Assembly (NCBI GenBank): GCA_040954595.2
Contig: CM082577.2
Coordinates: 19,194,303-19,258,302, forward strand
DNA length: 64,000 nt
Source: Balanoglossus misakiensis
Lineage: Eukaryota > Animalia > Hemichordata
Direction of reading: 5' to 3'
Shown piece by piece: positions 15,109 through 32,233 of this stretch (the first letter of the stretch is position 1; each line of letters opens with the position of its first letter). The notes under the pieces are model-generated. The model had not been told where the DNA came from. It did no database searches and saw only the letters and a list, made by a program, of their open reading frames with translations. The translations under genes were made by a program, and so were the position numbers.

Positions 15109-15903
15109 GATGGGTCCCCGGGATCTTTTTGCCCGTTGCTATGGGCCTTTATAGGACACTACACTCAATTTTGATCGAAACCGTTATGAACGTCCGACAA
15201 GGGGCTTGTAACTAGTTAAAAATACACACGATTGTGTGCACACCCCCTGTCCGAGTATGTTTACGGCAGCTACCGCCCGGCCATAGGCCGCCACGCTAAT
15301 ACGGCAAAGCAGCGGTCAGTGATAGCGTGCGCGTCCTGTAACCACAGTAACTGGATCGAACACTAAAAATCCAATGTTTTGTACAAAGAGATTTTGTACC
15401 GTTCACGAAAATCCCTAAGGCTTTTTTCATAGGCCACGTACGCCAGTCAAATTTGATCTGCTTGTTGAGAACGCACTTCCGCACAGTGTGACGGATCGTT
15501 TTTTCGGTTTTCGTCGTGCTAAGAAGCGATACCGGTGGAAGAGTGCGTCCAGAAACACCCAAAATCGATGACTTTTTCTGGTGTGGTACGGGTATGCTGA
15601 AATCGTAGGATACAACGATAATATTTGAAAACAAAATCCGTCACGATCTTCCCTGGTTCAAGCAACTAATGAATACGTATCAAGTTCGTTTTTGAGGTCA
15701 CGGAATAAAAAGCCTTAGGCTTTTGAAATTTGACCTAGCTAATTTGCATATCAATGGCGTCAGAGGGCGCGCGCTCACAATCGTGCAGATTTTCAACTAG
15801 TTACCAGCCCCTTGTTAGACTCTGAAAACGGCTTAGTCCAAATCGGGGTGTAATGTCCTGTAAAGGCCAATAGCAACGGGCAAAAAGATCCCGGGGACCC
15901 ATC
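15109..15903. mobile_element. Kolobok-like MITE A
   Basis: Same TIR, TTAA TSD and insertion site as 4170-4964. Confidence 0.9.
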
Positions 15904-16630
15904 TTAAAGCAATAGGTACATTTTAAGTATACCTAAATAGTACCTATTTAGTCCGGGAAAGTATACCTTAGGTATATTTCTAGTGTACTAGAATTTCGTA
16001 AGGGTGTTCCTGCACACCACCCTATTGCTGCACAATTCCTGCACAGGCTACCCTATTGCTGCACAGTTCCTGCACACAGGCCATCTTACTACTGCACAGT
16101 TCTTGCAGACTGTCCTATTCCTGCACAGTTACCGCTTGCCTTGTTCCTGCACTAGTGCAGCAACACCTCATTTGCATGCGAAAAAGTCGCCTTGCAGCAG
16201 AGCTGCAGCAACTTTCTATTGCACCGGTGCTGCAACCTTGTGGTATTGCTACTGCACCAGTGCAGCAACACTGTGCAGGAGGCCTTAAATTTTCATAAGG
16301 GATATAGGTATGCACATAATTAATGTTTGAATATGATACTAGAAATGTACAGTACACTGATACACTGATCAGCTGACCTTTTGTTTACGCATACGCCATT
16401 GCTCCGTTCTCGATCTGTCTGCGAGTCTGAATTTTTCGCACCTATAGATTTTAAAGATTTTTGAAGTCTGCAAATTCACTGGCATTGACAAAACTATAAC
16501 ATAATAAGTATAATGTACGCCCCATAATGTACTCGGCATTCGCCTCGCACATTATGTTGCACAATGTGTGCTTTCGTCCATTATGGGTCTTCGGGGCGTA
16601 CATTATTCTCTAACCAATGATCATTGCTCA

Positions 16631-17109
<479 letters not shown>

Positions 17110-17144
17110 CTGTTGAGGGTAAAGTAGAGAACACAAGTGATTTG

Positions 17145-18067
17145 CAGAGTTTCCGGTTACGCAAAAATGTGCGTAATACACGCAATGGAAAATTTCTATA
17201 CGCATATTGAACCGACAAGTGCGTCTGGCGTACGCAATGAAATTGACTCTGTTTTCGCCATTGAAAGTTCGAGCTAACAAAAGACTCATCAAACGACCGA
17301 CAAACTAGACAGCACCTTGTGCACGCTTACATGTTTTGAATAAAATTGCAACATTCCAAACCATTTGCGCAGACGCTTGACCATGATAAAATGTAACAAT
17401 TTTCGTTTAGCGCGCGTTCTAATCATCATGCCATGCGTCACGTACGTGAGCCTGCGTACGTGTAATATCGATCAACATGGCGGCAAAACAGTCAACTTTA
17501 TTTTCATTTAAATTTACGTGGAAATCCTATACTGATAATGGAAAGAAAGCCACTGAAATCCATTATTCGGAACACCAAGAGTCAGGGGGGATGCCCCACC
17601 AGTGAAAAAAATGCGAGAGAATGCAAAGACTGGCCACACAGAATTCAAAGATCAGTGGCTCGCCGAGTATCCGTGGTTACGGCACGACGTCGACGAAAGC
17701 GGCGGAAAAAAAGACACTCGTGCTTTTCTGTAAGGTTTGTGAAAAAATATGGAAAAAAGAATACTTTCACGTGTGGTTCTCGTGATCTTCAAAAATCGGC
17801 CATCAAACGGCATATGCAAGGCACTGATCATAGAGAAGCGACATCATTTGTCTGTAAACGTAAAATCACGTCAAAAGCTGTTTGGTCTGTTTCGAATTCT
17901 TTTTGGTTACAATGTGTGCCATTTGAAGTGTTTTGCGTTGTTTTGCAACAGTCTGCTAATGGATGTGATATGAATACATTGTACGCATTTAAATCACCTT
18001 CGTACGCATTTTTATTGACCTCTTGCGTATGGCATACGCTTGGGGAAAAAAACTACCGGAAACTCTG
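17145..18067 (+). mobile_element. hAT-type internally deleted element with frameshifted TTF zinc-finger remnant
   Basis: TIR CAGAGTTTCCGGT...ACCGGAAACTCTG. Across frames it reads MAAKQSTLFSF...FKDQWLAEYPWLRH...LFCKVC...NTFTCGSRDLQKSAIKRHMQGTDH (ZnF-TTF, ZNF862/hAT-like). Confidence 0.82.
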
Positions 18068-18210
18068 ATTACAGACTGACCAACACAGACGTGGGCAAGG
18101 GTGTTATGTCCATGAAAATCTACCTAAATATGTACATTCGCAATGGCAGAATTCATGAATGTTCCTGCAAACATCTTCAAAGAGCTACCTTGACTACCCA
18201 GTGACATTAA

Positions 18211-18843
18211 CCCTTTGAACCCCGCTCGGAGGTTTACCGCCGCAGGATGACCTTTTGACCCCTAATTTTTCAATATGCTGACGTCAAGGCATTTTCCCGC
18301 CGACATTGTAAATCCAGCCATATGAAAGCAAGTTAGAAAGCTAGGGGACCCTAATGTGACCTTCCAAATGACTTGAAATCGATTCCTATGCGAGCGACTA
18401 CATAAAATATAGTGATATCCAAGCAGCGATTTTTAGCGAAAGTTGACAGAGATTTAAAAATTGCGACCCGACGACAGTTACGCAATGATCCATTGCAAGA
18501 CGAGGATGCTTTCTGGGCTCATTTTGACCGAGTACTAGTAGATAGTAGCTCAGAAAGTGAAGATGAAGAACAAGACCAGCCTGACATCGTTACGGACCAA
18601 GATGGTGACCCCAACCGCGCGAACGATGAAGAAGAATTTGAGCCAGAGCCCGCGATCCAGCTACCCCCACCAGTTCGGCAACGAGTGAGAACACTGCCCT
18701 GTGCCCGCGAAGGAAACCCACCACATATGATATGGCAGGGCAACATAATAAACGGTAGGCAGGCTCCTATTTATTATCAACGACGTGGACCGACGAGACA
18801 AATGCCAGCTGACAGTACACCATTAGATTATTTTCGGACATAA
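18211..18843 (+). mobile_element. piggyBac left end + truncated transposase ORF
   Basis: Copy of 2707-3339. Confidence 0.75.
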
Positions 18844-19672
18844 AGTCATCGTCATCGTCGTGTCGTGTCGTGTCACAATCATTATTTTGGACATATGCTT
18901 ACTGTGTGATGAAAGGTGAGAGCGCAGTCAAAAGGTCGGGCTGAATAATACAGAGACTCTGAAAATATTGTACCTTATTCTTATCAAACACGTTGATGGA
19001 TATTTTGACAATTGTGACATGTGAACATTTACAAAAAAATGAAATAAATTTGCTTCAAACTCATTGGCAAAACAAGGACATGGAGTTGCTGTATATTTGT
19101 TATTATTGTGATATATAGGTGAGAAATATATTGGAAAATGTCTTCATTACAAAAATATGTCGTGAAATTATTGACTAGCAAGAACCATGTGTATATGTAT
19201 GGCCAAGGGGAAATTTTTAACTTCTAGTTCTGAACATTAACATTATTGCGCAGGCTACTGTAACCACATTCAAATAATACATACAATTTTCTGTTGCACC
19301 AGTGCTTTGACCTTACAGTAATTAATTACTACTACACAGGTCAGGAACACTGAGAAGGCGGCCTTAAATTATGCATTTGGTATTGGTACATTTCAAATAT
19401 ATCTAAATTGTACCAATTTTAGTCTAGAAATATGTATACCTTAGGTAGCTTTTGTTTTCAAACAAATGGTTCATTAGGTATACCTAAATTATGGTTCATT
19501 TGGTATACCTATTTATGGCAAAACGACCAAATCCAAGATTTTTTTTCCAACCGAATGAGGCATTTCAGGAATACCTAAATAGTACCTTTTCAATCAAAAA
19601 AGTATACTTTTGGTATACCAATTAGTAAATTTAAAGACCAAATCTGGACTACCTAAGGTAGCCCTTTTTTAA

Positions 19673-20466
19673 GATGGGTCCCCGGGATCTTTTTGCCCGT
19701 TGCTATGGGCCTTTATAGGACACTACACTCAATTTTGATCGAAACCGTTATGAACGTCCGACAAGGGGCTTGTAACTAGTTAAAAATACACACGATTGTG
19801 TGCACACCCCCTGTCCGAGTATGTTTACGGCAGCTACCGCCCGGCCATAGGCCGCCACGCTAATACGGCAAAGCAGCGGTCAGTGATAGCGTGCGCGTCC
19901 TGTAACCACAGTAACTGGATCGAACACTAAAAATCCAATGTTTTGTACAAAGAGATTTTGTACCGTTCACGAAAATCCCTAAGGCTTTTTTCATAGGCCA
20001 CGTACGCCAGTCAAATTTGATCTGCTTGTTGAGAACGCACTTCCGCACAGTGTGACGGATCGTTTTTTCGGTTTTCGTCGTGCTAAGAAGCGATACCGGT
20101 GGAAGAGTGCGTCCAGAAACACCCAAAATCGATGACTTTTTCTGGTGTGGTACGGGTATGCTGAAATCGTAGGATACAACGATGATATTTGAAAACAAAA
20201 TCCGTCACGATCTTCCCTGGTTCAAGCAACTAATGAATACGTATCAAGTTCGTTTTTGAAGTCACGGAATAAAAAGCCTTAGGCTTTTGAAATTTGACCT
20301 AGCTAATTTGCATATCAATGGCGTCAGAGGGCGCGCGCTCACAATCGTGCAGATTTTCAACTAGTTACCAGCCCCTTGTTAGACTCTGAAAACGGCTTAG
20401 TCCAAATCGGGGTGTAATGTCCTGTAAAGGCCAATAGCAACGGGCAAAAGATCCCGGGGACCCATC
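19673..20466. mobile_element. Kolobok-like MITE A
   Basis: Same as 4170-4964. Confidence 0.9.
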
Positions 20467-21193
20467 TTAAAGCAATAGGTACATTTTAAGTATACCTAAA
20501 TAGTACCTATTTAGTCCGGGAAAGTATACCTTAGGTATATTTCTAGTGTACTAGAATTTCGTAAGGGTGTTCCTGCACACCACCCTATTGCTGCACAATT
20601 CCTGCACAGGCTACCCTATTGCTGCACAGTTCCTGCACACAGGCCATCTTACTACTGCACAGTTCTTGCAGACTGTCCTATTCCTGCACAGTTACCGCTT
20701 GCCTTGTTCCTGCACTAGTGCAGCAACACCTCATTTGCATGCGAAAAAGTCGCCTTGCAGCAGAGCTGCAGCAACTTTCTATTGCACCGGTGCTGCAACC
20801 TTGTGGTATTGCTACTGCACCAGTGCAGCAACACTGTGCAGGAGGCCTTAAATTTTCATAAGGGATATAGGTATGCACATAATTAATGTTTGAATATGAT
20901 ACTAGAAATGTACAGTACACTGATACACTGATCAGCTGACCTTTTGTTTACGCATACGCCATTGCTCCGTTCTCGATCTGTCTGCGAGTCTGAATTTTTC
21001 GCATCTATAGATTTTAAAGATTTTTGAAGTCTGCAAATTCACTGGCATTGACAAAACTATAACATAATAAGTATAATGTACGCCCCATAATGTACTCGGC
21101 ATTCGCCTCGCACATTATGTTGCACAATGTGTGCTTTCGTCCATTATGGGTCTTCGGGGCGTACATTATTCTCTAACCAATGATCATTGCTCA

Positions 21194-21672
<479 letters not shown>

Positions 21673-21851
21673 CTGTTGAGGGTAAAGTAGAGAACACAAG
21701 TGATTTGGCTTACAGACTGACCAACACAGACGTGGACAAGGGTGTTATGTCCATGAAAATCTACCTAAATATGTACATTCGCAATGGCAGAATTCATGAA
21801 TGTTCCTGCAAACATCTTCAAAGAGCTACCTTGACTACCCAGTGACATTAA

Positions 21852-22484
21852 CCCTTTGAACCCCGCTCGGAGGTTTACCGCCGCAGGATGACCTTTTGAC
21901 CCCTAATTTTTCAATATGCTGACGTCAAGGCATTTTCCCGCCGACATTGTAAATCCAGCCATATGAAAGCAAGTTAGAAAGCTAGGGGACCCTAATGTGA
22001 CCTTCCAAATGACTTGAAATCGATTCCTATGCGAGCGACTACATAAAAAATAGTGATATCCAAGCAGCGATTTTTAGCGAAAGTTGACAGAGATTTAAAA
22101 ATTGCGACCCGACGACAGTTACGCAATGATCCATTGCAAGACGAGGATGCTTTCTGGGCTCATTTTGACCGAGTACTAGTAGATAGTAGCTCAGAAAGTG
22201 AAGATGAAGAACAAGACCAGCCTGACATCGTTACGGACCAAGATGGTGACCCCAACCGCGCGAACGATGAAGAAGAATTTGAGCCAGAGCCCGCGATCCA
22301 GCTACCCCCACCAGTTCGGCAACGAGTGAGAACACTGCCCTGTGCCCGCGAAGGAAACCCACCACATATGATATGGCAGGGCAACATAATAAACGGTAGG
22401 TAGGCTCCTATTTATAATCAACGACGTGGACCGACGAGACAAATGCCAGCTGACAGTACACCATTAGATTATTTTCGGACATAA
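21852..22484 (+). mobile_element. piggyBac left end + ORF with extra TAG stop (116 aa)
   Basis: Same haplotype as the 13461 unit. Confidence 0.75.
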
Positions 22485-22750
22485 AGTCATCGTCATCGTC
22501 GTGTCGTGTCGTGTCGTGTCACAATCATTATTTTGGACATATGCTTACTGTGTGATGAAAGGTGAGAGCGCAGTCAAAAGGTCGGGCTGAATAATACAGA
22601 GACTCTGAAAATATTGTACCTTATTCTTATCAAACACGTTGATGGATATTTTGACAATTGTGACATGTGAACATTTACAAAAAAATGAAATAAATTTGCT
22701 TCAAACTCTTTGGCAAAACAAGGACATGGAGTTGCTGTATATTTGTTATT

Positions 22751-23112
22751 ATTGTGATATATAGGTGAGAAATATATTGGAAAATGTCTTCATTACAAAA
22801 ATATGTCGTGAAATTATTGACTAGCAAGAACCATGTGTATATGTATGGCCAAGGGGAAATTTTTAACTTCTAGTTCTGAACATTAAAGTTATTGCGCAGG
22901 CTACTGTAACCACATTCAAATAATACATACAATTGTGATATATAGGTGAGAAATATATTGGAAAATGTCTTCATTACAAAAATATGTCGTGAAATTATTG
23001 ACTAGCAAGAACCATGTGTATATGTATGGCCAAGGGGAAATTTTTAACTTCTAGTTCTGAACATTAAAGTTATTGCGCAGGCTACTGTAACCACATTCAA
23101 ATAATACATACA
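22751..23112. repeat. 181-bp local tandem duplication (second occurrence)
   Basis: Same junction as 14360-14721. Confidence 0.9.
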
Positions 23113-23499
23113 ATTTTCTGTTACACCAGTGCTTTGACCTTACAGTAATTAATTACTACTACACAGGTCAGGAACACTGAGAAGGCGGCCTTAAATTATG
23201 CATTTGGTATTGGTACATTTCAAATATATCTAAATTGTACCAATTTTAGTCTAGAAATATGTATACCTTAGGTAGCTTTTGTTTTCAAACAAATGGTTCA
23301 TTAGGTATACCTAAATTATGGTTCATTTGGTATACCTATTTATGGCAAAACGACCAAATCCAAGATTTTTTTTCCAACCTATTGAGGCATTTCAGGAATA
23401 CCTAAATAGTACCTTTTCAATCGAAAAAGTATACTTTTGGTATACCAATTAGTAAATTTAAAGACCAAATCTGGACTACCTAAGGTAGCCCTTTTTTAA

Positions 23500-24294
23500 G
23501 ATGGGTCCCCGGGATCTTTTTGCCCGTTGCTATGGGCCTTTATAGGACACTACACTCAATTTTGATCGAAACCGTTATGAACGTCCGACAAGGGGCTTGT
23601 AACTAGTTAAAAATACACACGATTGTGTGCACACCCCCTGTCCGAGTATGTTTACGGCAGCTACCGCCCGGCCATAGGCCGCCACGCTAATACGGCAAAG
23701 CAGCGGTCAGTGATAGCGTGCGCGTCCTGTAACCACAGTAACTGGATCGAACACTAAAAATCCAATGTTTTGTACAAAGAGATTTTGTACCGTTCACGAA
23801 AATCCCTAAGGCTTTTTTCATAGGCCACGTACGCCAGTCAAATTTGATCTGCTTGTTGAGAACGCACTTCCGCACAGTGTGACGGATCGTTTTTTCGGTT
23901 TTCGTCGTGCTAAGAAGCGATACCGGTGGAAGAGTGCGTCCAGAAACACCCAAAATCGATGACTTTTTCTGGTGTGGTACGGGTATGCTGAAATCGTAGG
24001 ATACAACGATAATATTTGAAAACAAAATCCGTCACGATCTTCCCTGGTTCAAGCAACTAATGAATACGTATCAAGTTCGTTTTTGAGGTCACGGAATAAA
24101 AAGCCTTAGGCTTTTGAAATTTGACCTAGCTAATTTGCATATCAATGGCGTCAGAGGGCGCGCGCTCACAATCGTGCAGATTTTCAACTAGTTACCAGCC
24201 CCTTGTTAGACTCTGAAAACGGCTTAGTCCAAATCGGGGTGTAATGTCCTGTAAAGGCCAATAGCAACGGGCAAAAAGATCCCGGGGACCCATC
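23500..24294. mobile_element. Kolobok-like MITE A
   Basis: Same as 4170-4964. Confidence 0.9.
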
Positions 24295-25022
24295 TTAAAG
24301 CAATAGGTACATTTTAAGTATACCTAAATAGTACCTATTTAGTCCGGGAAAGTATACCTTAGGTATATTTCTAGTGTACTAGAATTTCGTAAAGGGTGTT
24401 CCTGCACACCACCCTATTGCTGCACAATTCCTGCACAGGCTACCCTATTGCTGCACAGTTCCTGCACACAGGCCATCTTACTACTGCACAGTTCTTGCAG
24501 ACTGTCCTATTCCTGCACAGTTACCGCTTGCCTTGTTCCTGCACTAGTGCAGCAACACCTCATTTGCATGCGAAAAAGTCGCCTTGCAGCAGAGCTGCAG
24601 CAACTTTCTATTGCACCGGTGCTGCAACCTTGTGGTATTGCTACTGCACCAGTGCAGCAACACTGTGCAGGAGGCCTTAAATTTTCATAAGGGATATAGG
24701 TATGCACATAATTAATGTTTGAATATGATACTAGAAATGTACAGTACACTGATACACTGATCAGCTGACCTTTTGTTTACGCATACGCCATTGCTCCGTT
24801 CTCGATCTGTCTGCGAGTCTGAATTTTTCGCACCTATAGATTTTAAAGATTTTTGAAGTCTGCAAATTCACTGGCATTGACAAAACTATAACATAATAAG
24901 TATAATGTACGCCCCATAATGTACTCGGCATTCGCCTCGCACATTATGTTGCACAATGTGTGCTTTCGTCCATTATGGGTCTTCGGGGCGTACATTATTC
25001 TCTAACCAATGATCATTGCTCA

Positions 25023-25501
<479 letters not shown>

Positions 25502-25680
25502 CTGTTGAGGGTAAAGTAGAGAACACAAGTGATTTGGCTTACAGACTGACCAACACAGACGTGGACAAGGGTGTTATGTCCATGAAAATCTACCTAAATA
25601 TGTACATTCGCAATGGCAGAATTCATGAATGTTCCTGCAAACATCTTCAAAGAGCTACCTTGACTACCCAGTGACATTAA

Positions 25681-26313
25681 CCCTTTGAACCCAGCTCGGA
25701 GGTTTACCGCCGCAGGATGACCTTTTGACCCCTAATTTTTCAATATGCTGACGTCAAGGCATTTTCCCGCCGACATTGTAAATCCAGCCATATGAAAGCA
25801 AGTTAGAAAGCTAGGGGACCCTAATGTGACCTTCCAAATGACTTGAAATCGATTCCTATGCGAGCGACTACATAAAAAATAGTGATATCCAAGCAGCAAT
25901 TTTTAGCGAAAGTTGACAGAGATTTAAAAATTGCGACCCGACGGCAGTTACGCAATGATCCATTGCAAGACGAGGATGCTTTCTGGGCTCATTTTGACCG
26001 AGTACTAGTAGATAGTAGCTCAGAAAGTGAAGATGAAGAACAAGACCAGCCTGACATCGTTACGGACCAAGATGGTGACCCCAACCGCGCGAACGATGAA
26101 GAAGAATTTGAGCCAGAGCCCGCGATCCAGCTACCCCCACCAGTTCGGCAACGAGTGAGAACACTGCCCTGTGCCCGCGAAGGAAACCCACCACATATGA
26201 TATGGCAGGGCAACATAATAAACGGTAGGCAGGCTCCTATTTATAATCAACGACGTGGACCGACGAGACAAATGCCAGCTGACAGTACACCATTAGATTA
26301 TTTTCGGACATAA
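25681..26313 (+). mobile_element. piggyBac left end + truncated transposase ORF
   Basis: Copy of 2707-3339. Confidence 0.75.
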
Positions 26314-27142
26314 AGTCATCGTCATCGTCGTGTCGTGTCGTGTCACAATCATTATTTTGGACATATGCTTACTGTGTGATGAAAGGTGAGAGCGCAGTCA
26401 AAAGGTCGGGCTGAATAATACAGAGACTCTGAAAATATTGTACCTTATTCTTATCAAACACGTTGATGGATATTTTGACAATTGTGACATGTGAACATTT
26501 ACAAAAAAATGAAATAAATTTGCTTCAAACTCTTTGGCAAAACAAGGACATGGAGTTGCTGTATATTTGTTATTATTGTGATATATAGGTGAGAAATATA
26601 TTGGAAAATGTCTTCATTACAAAAATATGTCGTGAAATTATTGACTAGCAAGAACCATGTGTATATGTATGGCCAAGGGGAAATTTTTAACTTCTAGTTC
26701 TGAACATTAAAGTTATTGCGCAGGCTACTGTAACCACATTCAAATAATACATACAATTTTCTGTTACACCAGTGCTTTGACCTTACAGTAATTAATTACT
26801 ACTACACAGGTCAGGAACACTGAGAAGGCGGCCTTAAATTATGCATTTGGTATTGGTACATTTCAAATATATCTAAATTGTACCAATTTTAGTCTAGAAA
26901 TATGTATACCTTAGGTAGTTTTTGTTTTCAAACAAATGGTTCATTAGGTATACCTAAATTATGGTTCATTTGGTATACCTATTTATGGCAAAACGACCAA
27001 ATCCAAGATTTTTTTTCCAACCTATTGAGGCATTTCAGGAATACCTAAATAGTACCTTTTCAATCGAAAAAGTATACTTTTGGTATACCAATTAGTAAAT
27101 TTAAAGACCAAATCTGGACTACCTAAGGTAGCCCTTTTTTAA

Positions 27143-27937
27143 GATGGGTCCCCGGGATCTTTTTGCCCGTTGCTATGGGCCTTTATAGGACACTACACTC
27201 AATTTTGATCGAAACCGTTATGAACGTCCGACAAGGGGCTTGTAACTAGTTAAAAATACACACGATTGTGTGCACACCCCCTGTCCGAGTATGTTTACGG
27301 CAGCTACCGCCCGGCCATAGGCCGCCACGCTAATACGGCAAAGCAGCGGTCAGTGATAGCGTGCGCGTCCTGTAACCACAGTAACTGGATCGAACACTAA
27401 AAATCCAATGTTTTGTACAAAGAGATTTTGTACCGTTCACGAAAATCCCTAAGGCTTTTTTCATAGGCCACGTACGCCAGTCAAATTTGATCTGCTTGTT
27501 GAGAACGCACTTCCGCACAGTGTGACGGATCGTTTTTTCGGTTTTCGTCGTGCTAAGAAGCGATACCGGTGGAAGAGTGCGTCCAGAAACACCCAAAATC
27601 GATGACTTTTTCTGGTGTGGTACGGGTATGCTGAAATCGTAGGATACAACGATAATATTTGAAAACAAAATCCGTCACGATCTTCCCTGGTTCAAGCAAC
27701 TAATGAATACGTATCAAGTTCGTTTTTGAGGTCACGGAATAAAAAGCCTTAGGCTTTTGAAATTTGACCTAGCTAATTTGCATATCAATGGCGTCAGAGG
27801 GCGCGCGCTCACAATCGTGCAGATTTTCAACTAGTTACCAGCCCCTTGTTAGACTCTGAAAACGGCTTAGTCCAAATCGGGGTGTAATGTCCTGTAAAGG
27901 CCAATAGTAACGGGCAAAAAGATCCCGGGGACCCATC
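27143..27937. mobile_element. Kolobok-like MITE A
   Basis: Same as 4170-4964. Confidence 0.9.
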
Positions 27938-28667
27938 TTAAAGCAATAGGTACATTTTAAGTATACCTAAATAGTACCTATTTAGTCCGGGAAAGTATAC
28001 CTTAGGTATATTTCTAGTGTACTAGAATTTCGTAAGGGTGTTCCTGCACACCACCCTATTGCTGCACAATTCCTGCACAGGCTACCCTATTGCTGCACAG
28101 TTCCTGCACACAGGCCATCTTACTACTGCACAGTTCTTGCAGACTGTCCTATTCCTGCACAGTTACCGCTTGCCTTGTTCCTGCACTAGTGCAGCAACAC
28201 CTCATTTGCATGCGAAAAAGTCGCCTTGCAGCAGAGCTGCAGCAACTTTCTATTGCACCGGTGCTGCAACCTTGTGGTATTGCTACTGCACCAGTGCAGC
28301 AACACTGTGCAGGAGGCCTTAAATTTTCATAAGGGCTATAGGTATGCACATAATTAATGATGTTTGAATATGATACTAGAAATGTACAGTACACTGATAC
28401 ACTGATCAGCTGACCTTTTGTTTACGCATACGCCATTGCTCCGTTCTCGATCTGTCTCCGAGTCTGAATTTTTCGCACCTATAGATTTTAAAGATTTTTG
28501 AAGTCTGCAAATTCACTGGCATTGACAAAACTATAACATAACAAGTATAATGTACGCCCCATAATGTACTCGGCATTCGCCTCGCACATTATGTTGCACA
28601 ATGTGTGCTTTCGTCCATTATGGGTCTTCGGGGCGTACATTATTCTCTAACCAATGATCATTGCTCA

Positions 28668-29145
<478 letters not shown>

Positions 29146-29324
29146 CTGTTGAGGGTAAAGTAGAGAACACAAGTGATTTGGCTTACAGACTGACCAACAC
29201 AGACGCGGACAAGGGTGTTATGTCCATGAAAATCTACCTAAATATGTACATTCGCAATGGCAGAATTCATGAATGTTCCTGCAAACATCTTCAAAGAGCT
29301 ACCTTGACTACCCAGTGACATTAA

Positions 29325-29447
29325 CCCTTTGAACCCCGCTCGGAGGTTTACCGCCGCAGGATGACCTTTTGACCCCTAATTTTTCAATATGCTGACGTCA
29401 AGGCATTTTCCCGCCGACATTGTAAATCCAGCCATATGAAAGCAAGT
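29325..29447 (+). mobile_element. piggyBac left end with the ORF deleted (~510 bp)
   Basis: GAAAGCAAGT is joined to CATCGTC through AAGT microhomology. Confidence 0.75.
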
Positions 29448-30649
29448 CATCGTCATCGTCGTGTCGTGTCACAATCATTATTTTGGACATATGCTTACTG
29501 TGTGATGAAAGGTGAGAGCGCAGTCAAAAGGTCGGGCTGAATAATACAGAGACTCTGAAAATATTGTACCTTATTCTTATCAAACACGTTGATGGATATT
29601 TTGACAATTGTGACATGTGAACATTTACAAAAAAATGAAATAAATTTGCTTCAAACTCTTTGGCAAAACAAGGACATGGAGTTGCTGTATATTTGTTATT
29701 ATTGTGATATATAGGTGAGAAATATATTGGAAAATGTCTTCATTACAAAAATATGTCGTGAAATTATTGACTAGCAAGAACCATGTGTATATGTATGGCC
29801 AAGGGGAAATTTTTAACTTCTAGTTCTGAACATTAACGTTATTGCGCAGGCTACTGTAACCACATTCAAATAATACATACAATTTTCTGTTGCACCAGTG
29901 CTTTGACCTTACAGTAATTAATTACTACTACACAGGTCAGGAACACTGAGAAGGCGGCCTTACATTATGCATTTGGTATTGGTACATTTCGGATATATCT
30001 AAATTGTACCAATTTTAGTCTAGAAATATGTATACCTTAGGTAGCTTTTGTTTTCAAACAAATGGTTCATTAGGTATACCTAAATTATGGTTCATTTGGT
30101 ATACCTATTTATGGCAAAACGACCAAATCCAAGATTTTTTTTCCAACCGAATGAGGCATTTCAGGAATACCTAAATAGTACCTTTTCAATCGAAAAAGTA
30201 TACTTTTGGTATACCAATTAGTAAATTTAAAGACCAAATCTGGACTACCTAAGGTAGCCCTTTTTTAAAGCAATAGGTACATTTTAAGTATACCTAAATA
30301 GTACCTATTTAGTCCGGGAAAGTATACCTTAGGTATATTTCTAGTGTACTAGAATTTCGTAAGGGTGTTCCTGCACACCACCCTATTGCTGCACAATTCC
30401 TGCACAGGCTACCCTATTGCTGCACAGTTCCTGCACACAGGCCATCTTACTACTGCACAGTTCTTGCAGACTGTCCTATTCCTGCACAGTTACTGCTTGC
30501 CTTGTTCCTGCACTAGTGCAGCAACACCTCATTTGCATGCGAAAAAGTCGCCTTGCAGCAGAGCTGCAGCAACTTTCTATTGCACCGGTGCTGCAACCTT
30601 GTGGTATTGCTACTGCACCAGTGCAGCAACACTGTGCAGGAGGCCTTAA

Positions 30650-31226
30650 AGGTCCCATGTCATGCTTTGGAAAGTTTTCATTTTTCCACGTCAAAAGCTC
30701 ACCTAGGGTACCTGTCTATGCATTGCCTATTGTGTCGGTTCCGAAAAATGTGCGCAAATGCCGGAATTTGCCCCCTTTTTTCATGCCTGTGATCAGGGAG
30801 CCACTTCGCACTCGAGCCAGGCGAAGGTATTTGCATATGGACAAACAAGTACACTATGTCGTAGTGTACCATTCTGTTTACAGTAAAGTGTAATTAGCGG
30901 TCCATGAGTAATTAAGTCCACAGACAAAGACAAGCTATATAAACAGTGTTCAAAGCAAAGGAAGCCCTTGCCTCACATTGCAGGCAGAGGATTTACAAAG
31001 GTGTGAAAGACTATTTGTCCACATCAAGATAAGTCTTCGGCTTAACTTCGAAAAGCCGAAAAAAAATCGACTGAGTTGGGTTAGGGGTACACGCCCACCC
31101 GCCACTTTTACTTGCTTGTTATCTAAGCACAAGGGGCAAAACGCATTGCAAGATAGTAACATACGTTAACTTCAAGACCCAAATAGTGATTTTACGCGTG
31201 GTTGTATAGGGCATGGCATGGGACCT
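30650..31226. mobile_element. Kolobok-like MITE B (577 bp)
   Basis: TTAA TSD; TIR AGGTCCCATGTCATGC...GCATGGCATGGGACCT; empty site GGCCTTAAATTTTC in other units. Confidence 0.9.
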
Positions 31227-31575
31227 TTAAATTTTCATAAGGGCTATAGGTATGCACATAATTAATGATGTTTGAATATGATACTAGAAATGTACAGTAC
31301 ACTGATACACTGATCAGCTGACCTTTTGTTTACGCATACGCCATTGCTCCGTTCTCGATCTGTCTCCGAGTCTGAATTTTTCGCACCTATAGATTTTAAA
31401 GATTTTTGAAGTCTGCAAATTCACTGGCATTGACAAAACTATAACATAATAAGTATAATGTACGCCCCATAATGTACTCGGCATTCGCCTCGCACATTAT
31501 GTTGCACAATGTGTGCTTTCGTCCATTATGGGTCTTCGGGGCGTACATTATTCTCTAACCAATGATCATTGCTCA

Positions 31576-32054
<479 letters not shown>

Positions 32055-32233
32055 CTGTTGAGGGTAAAGTAGAGAACACAAGTGATTTGGCTTACAGACT
32101 GACCAACACACACGTGGACAAGGGTGTTATGTCCATGAAAATCTACCTAAATATGTACATTCGCAATGGCAGAATTCATGAATGTTCCTGCAAACATCTT
32201 CAAAGAGCTACCTTGACTACCCAGTGACATTAA

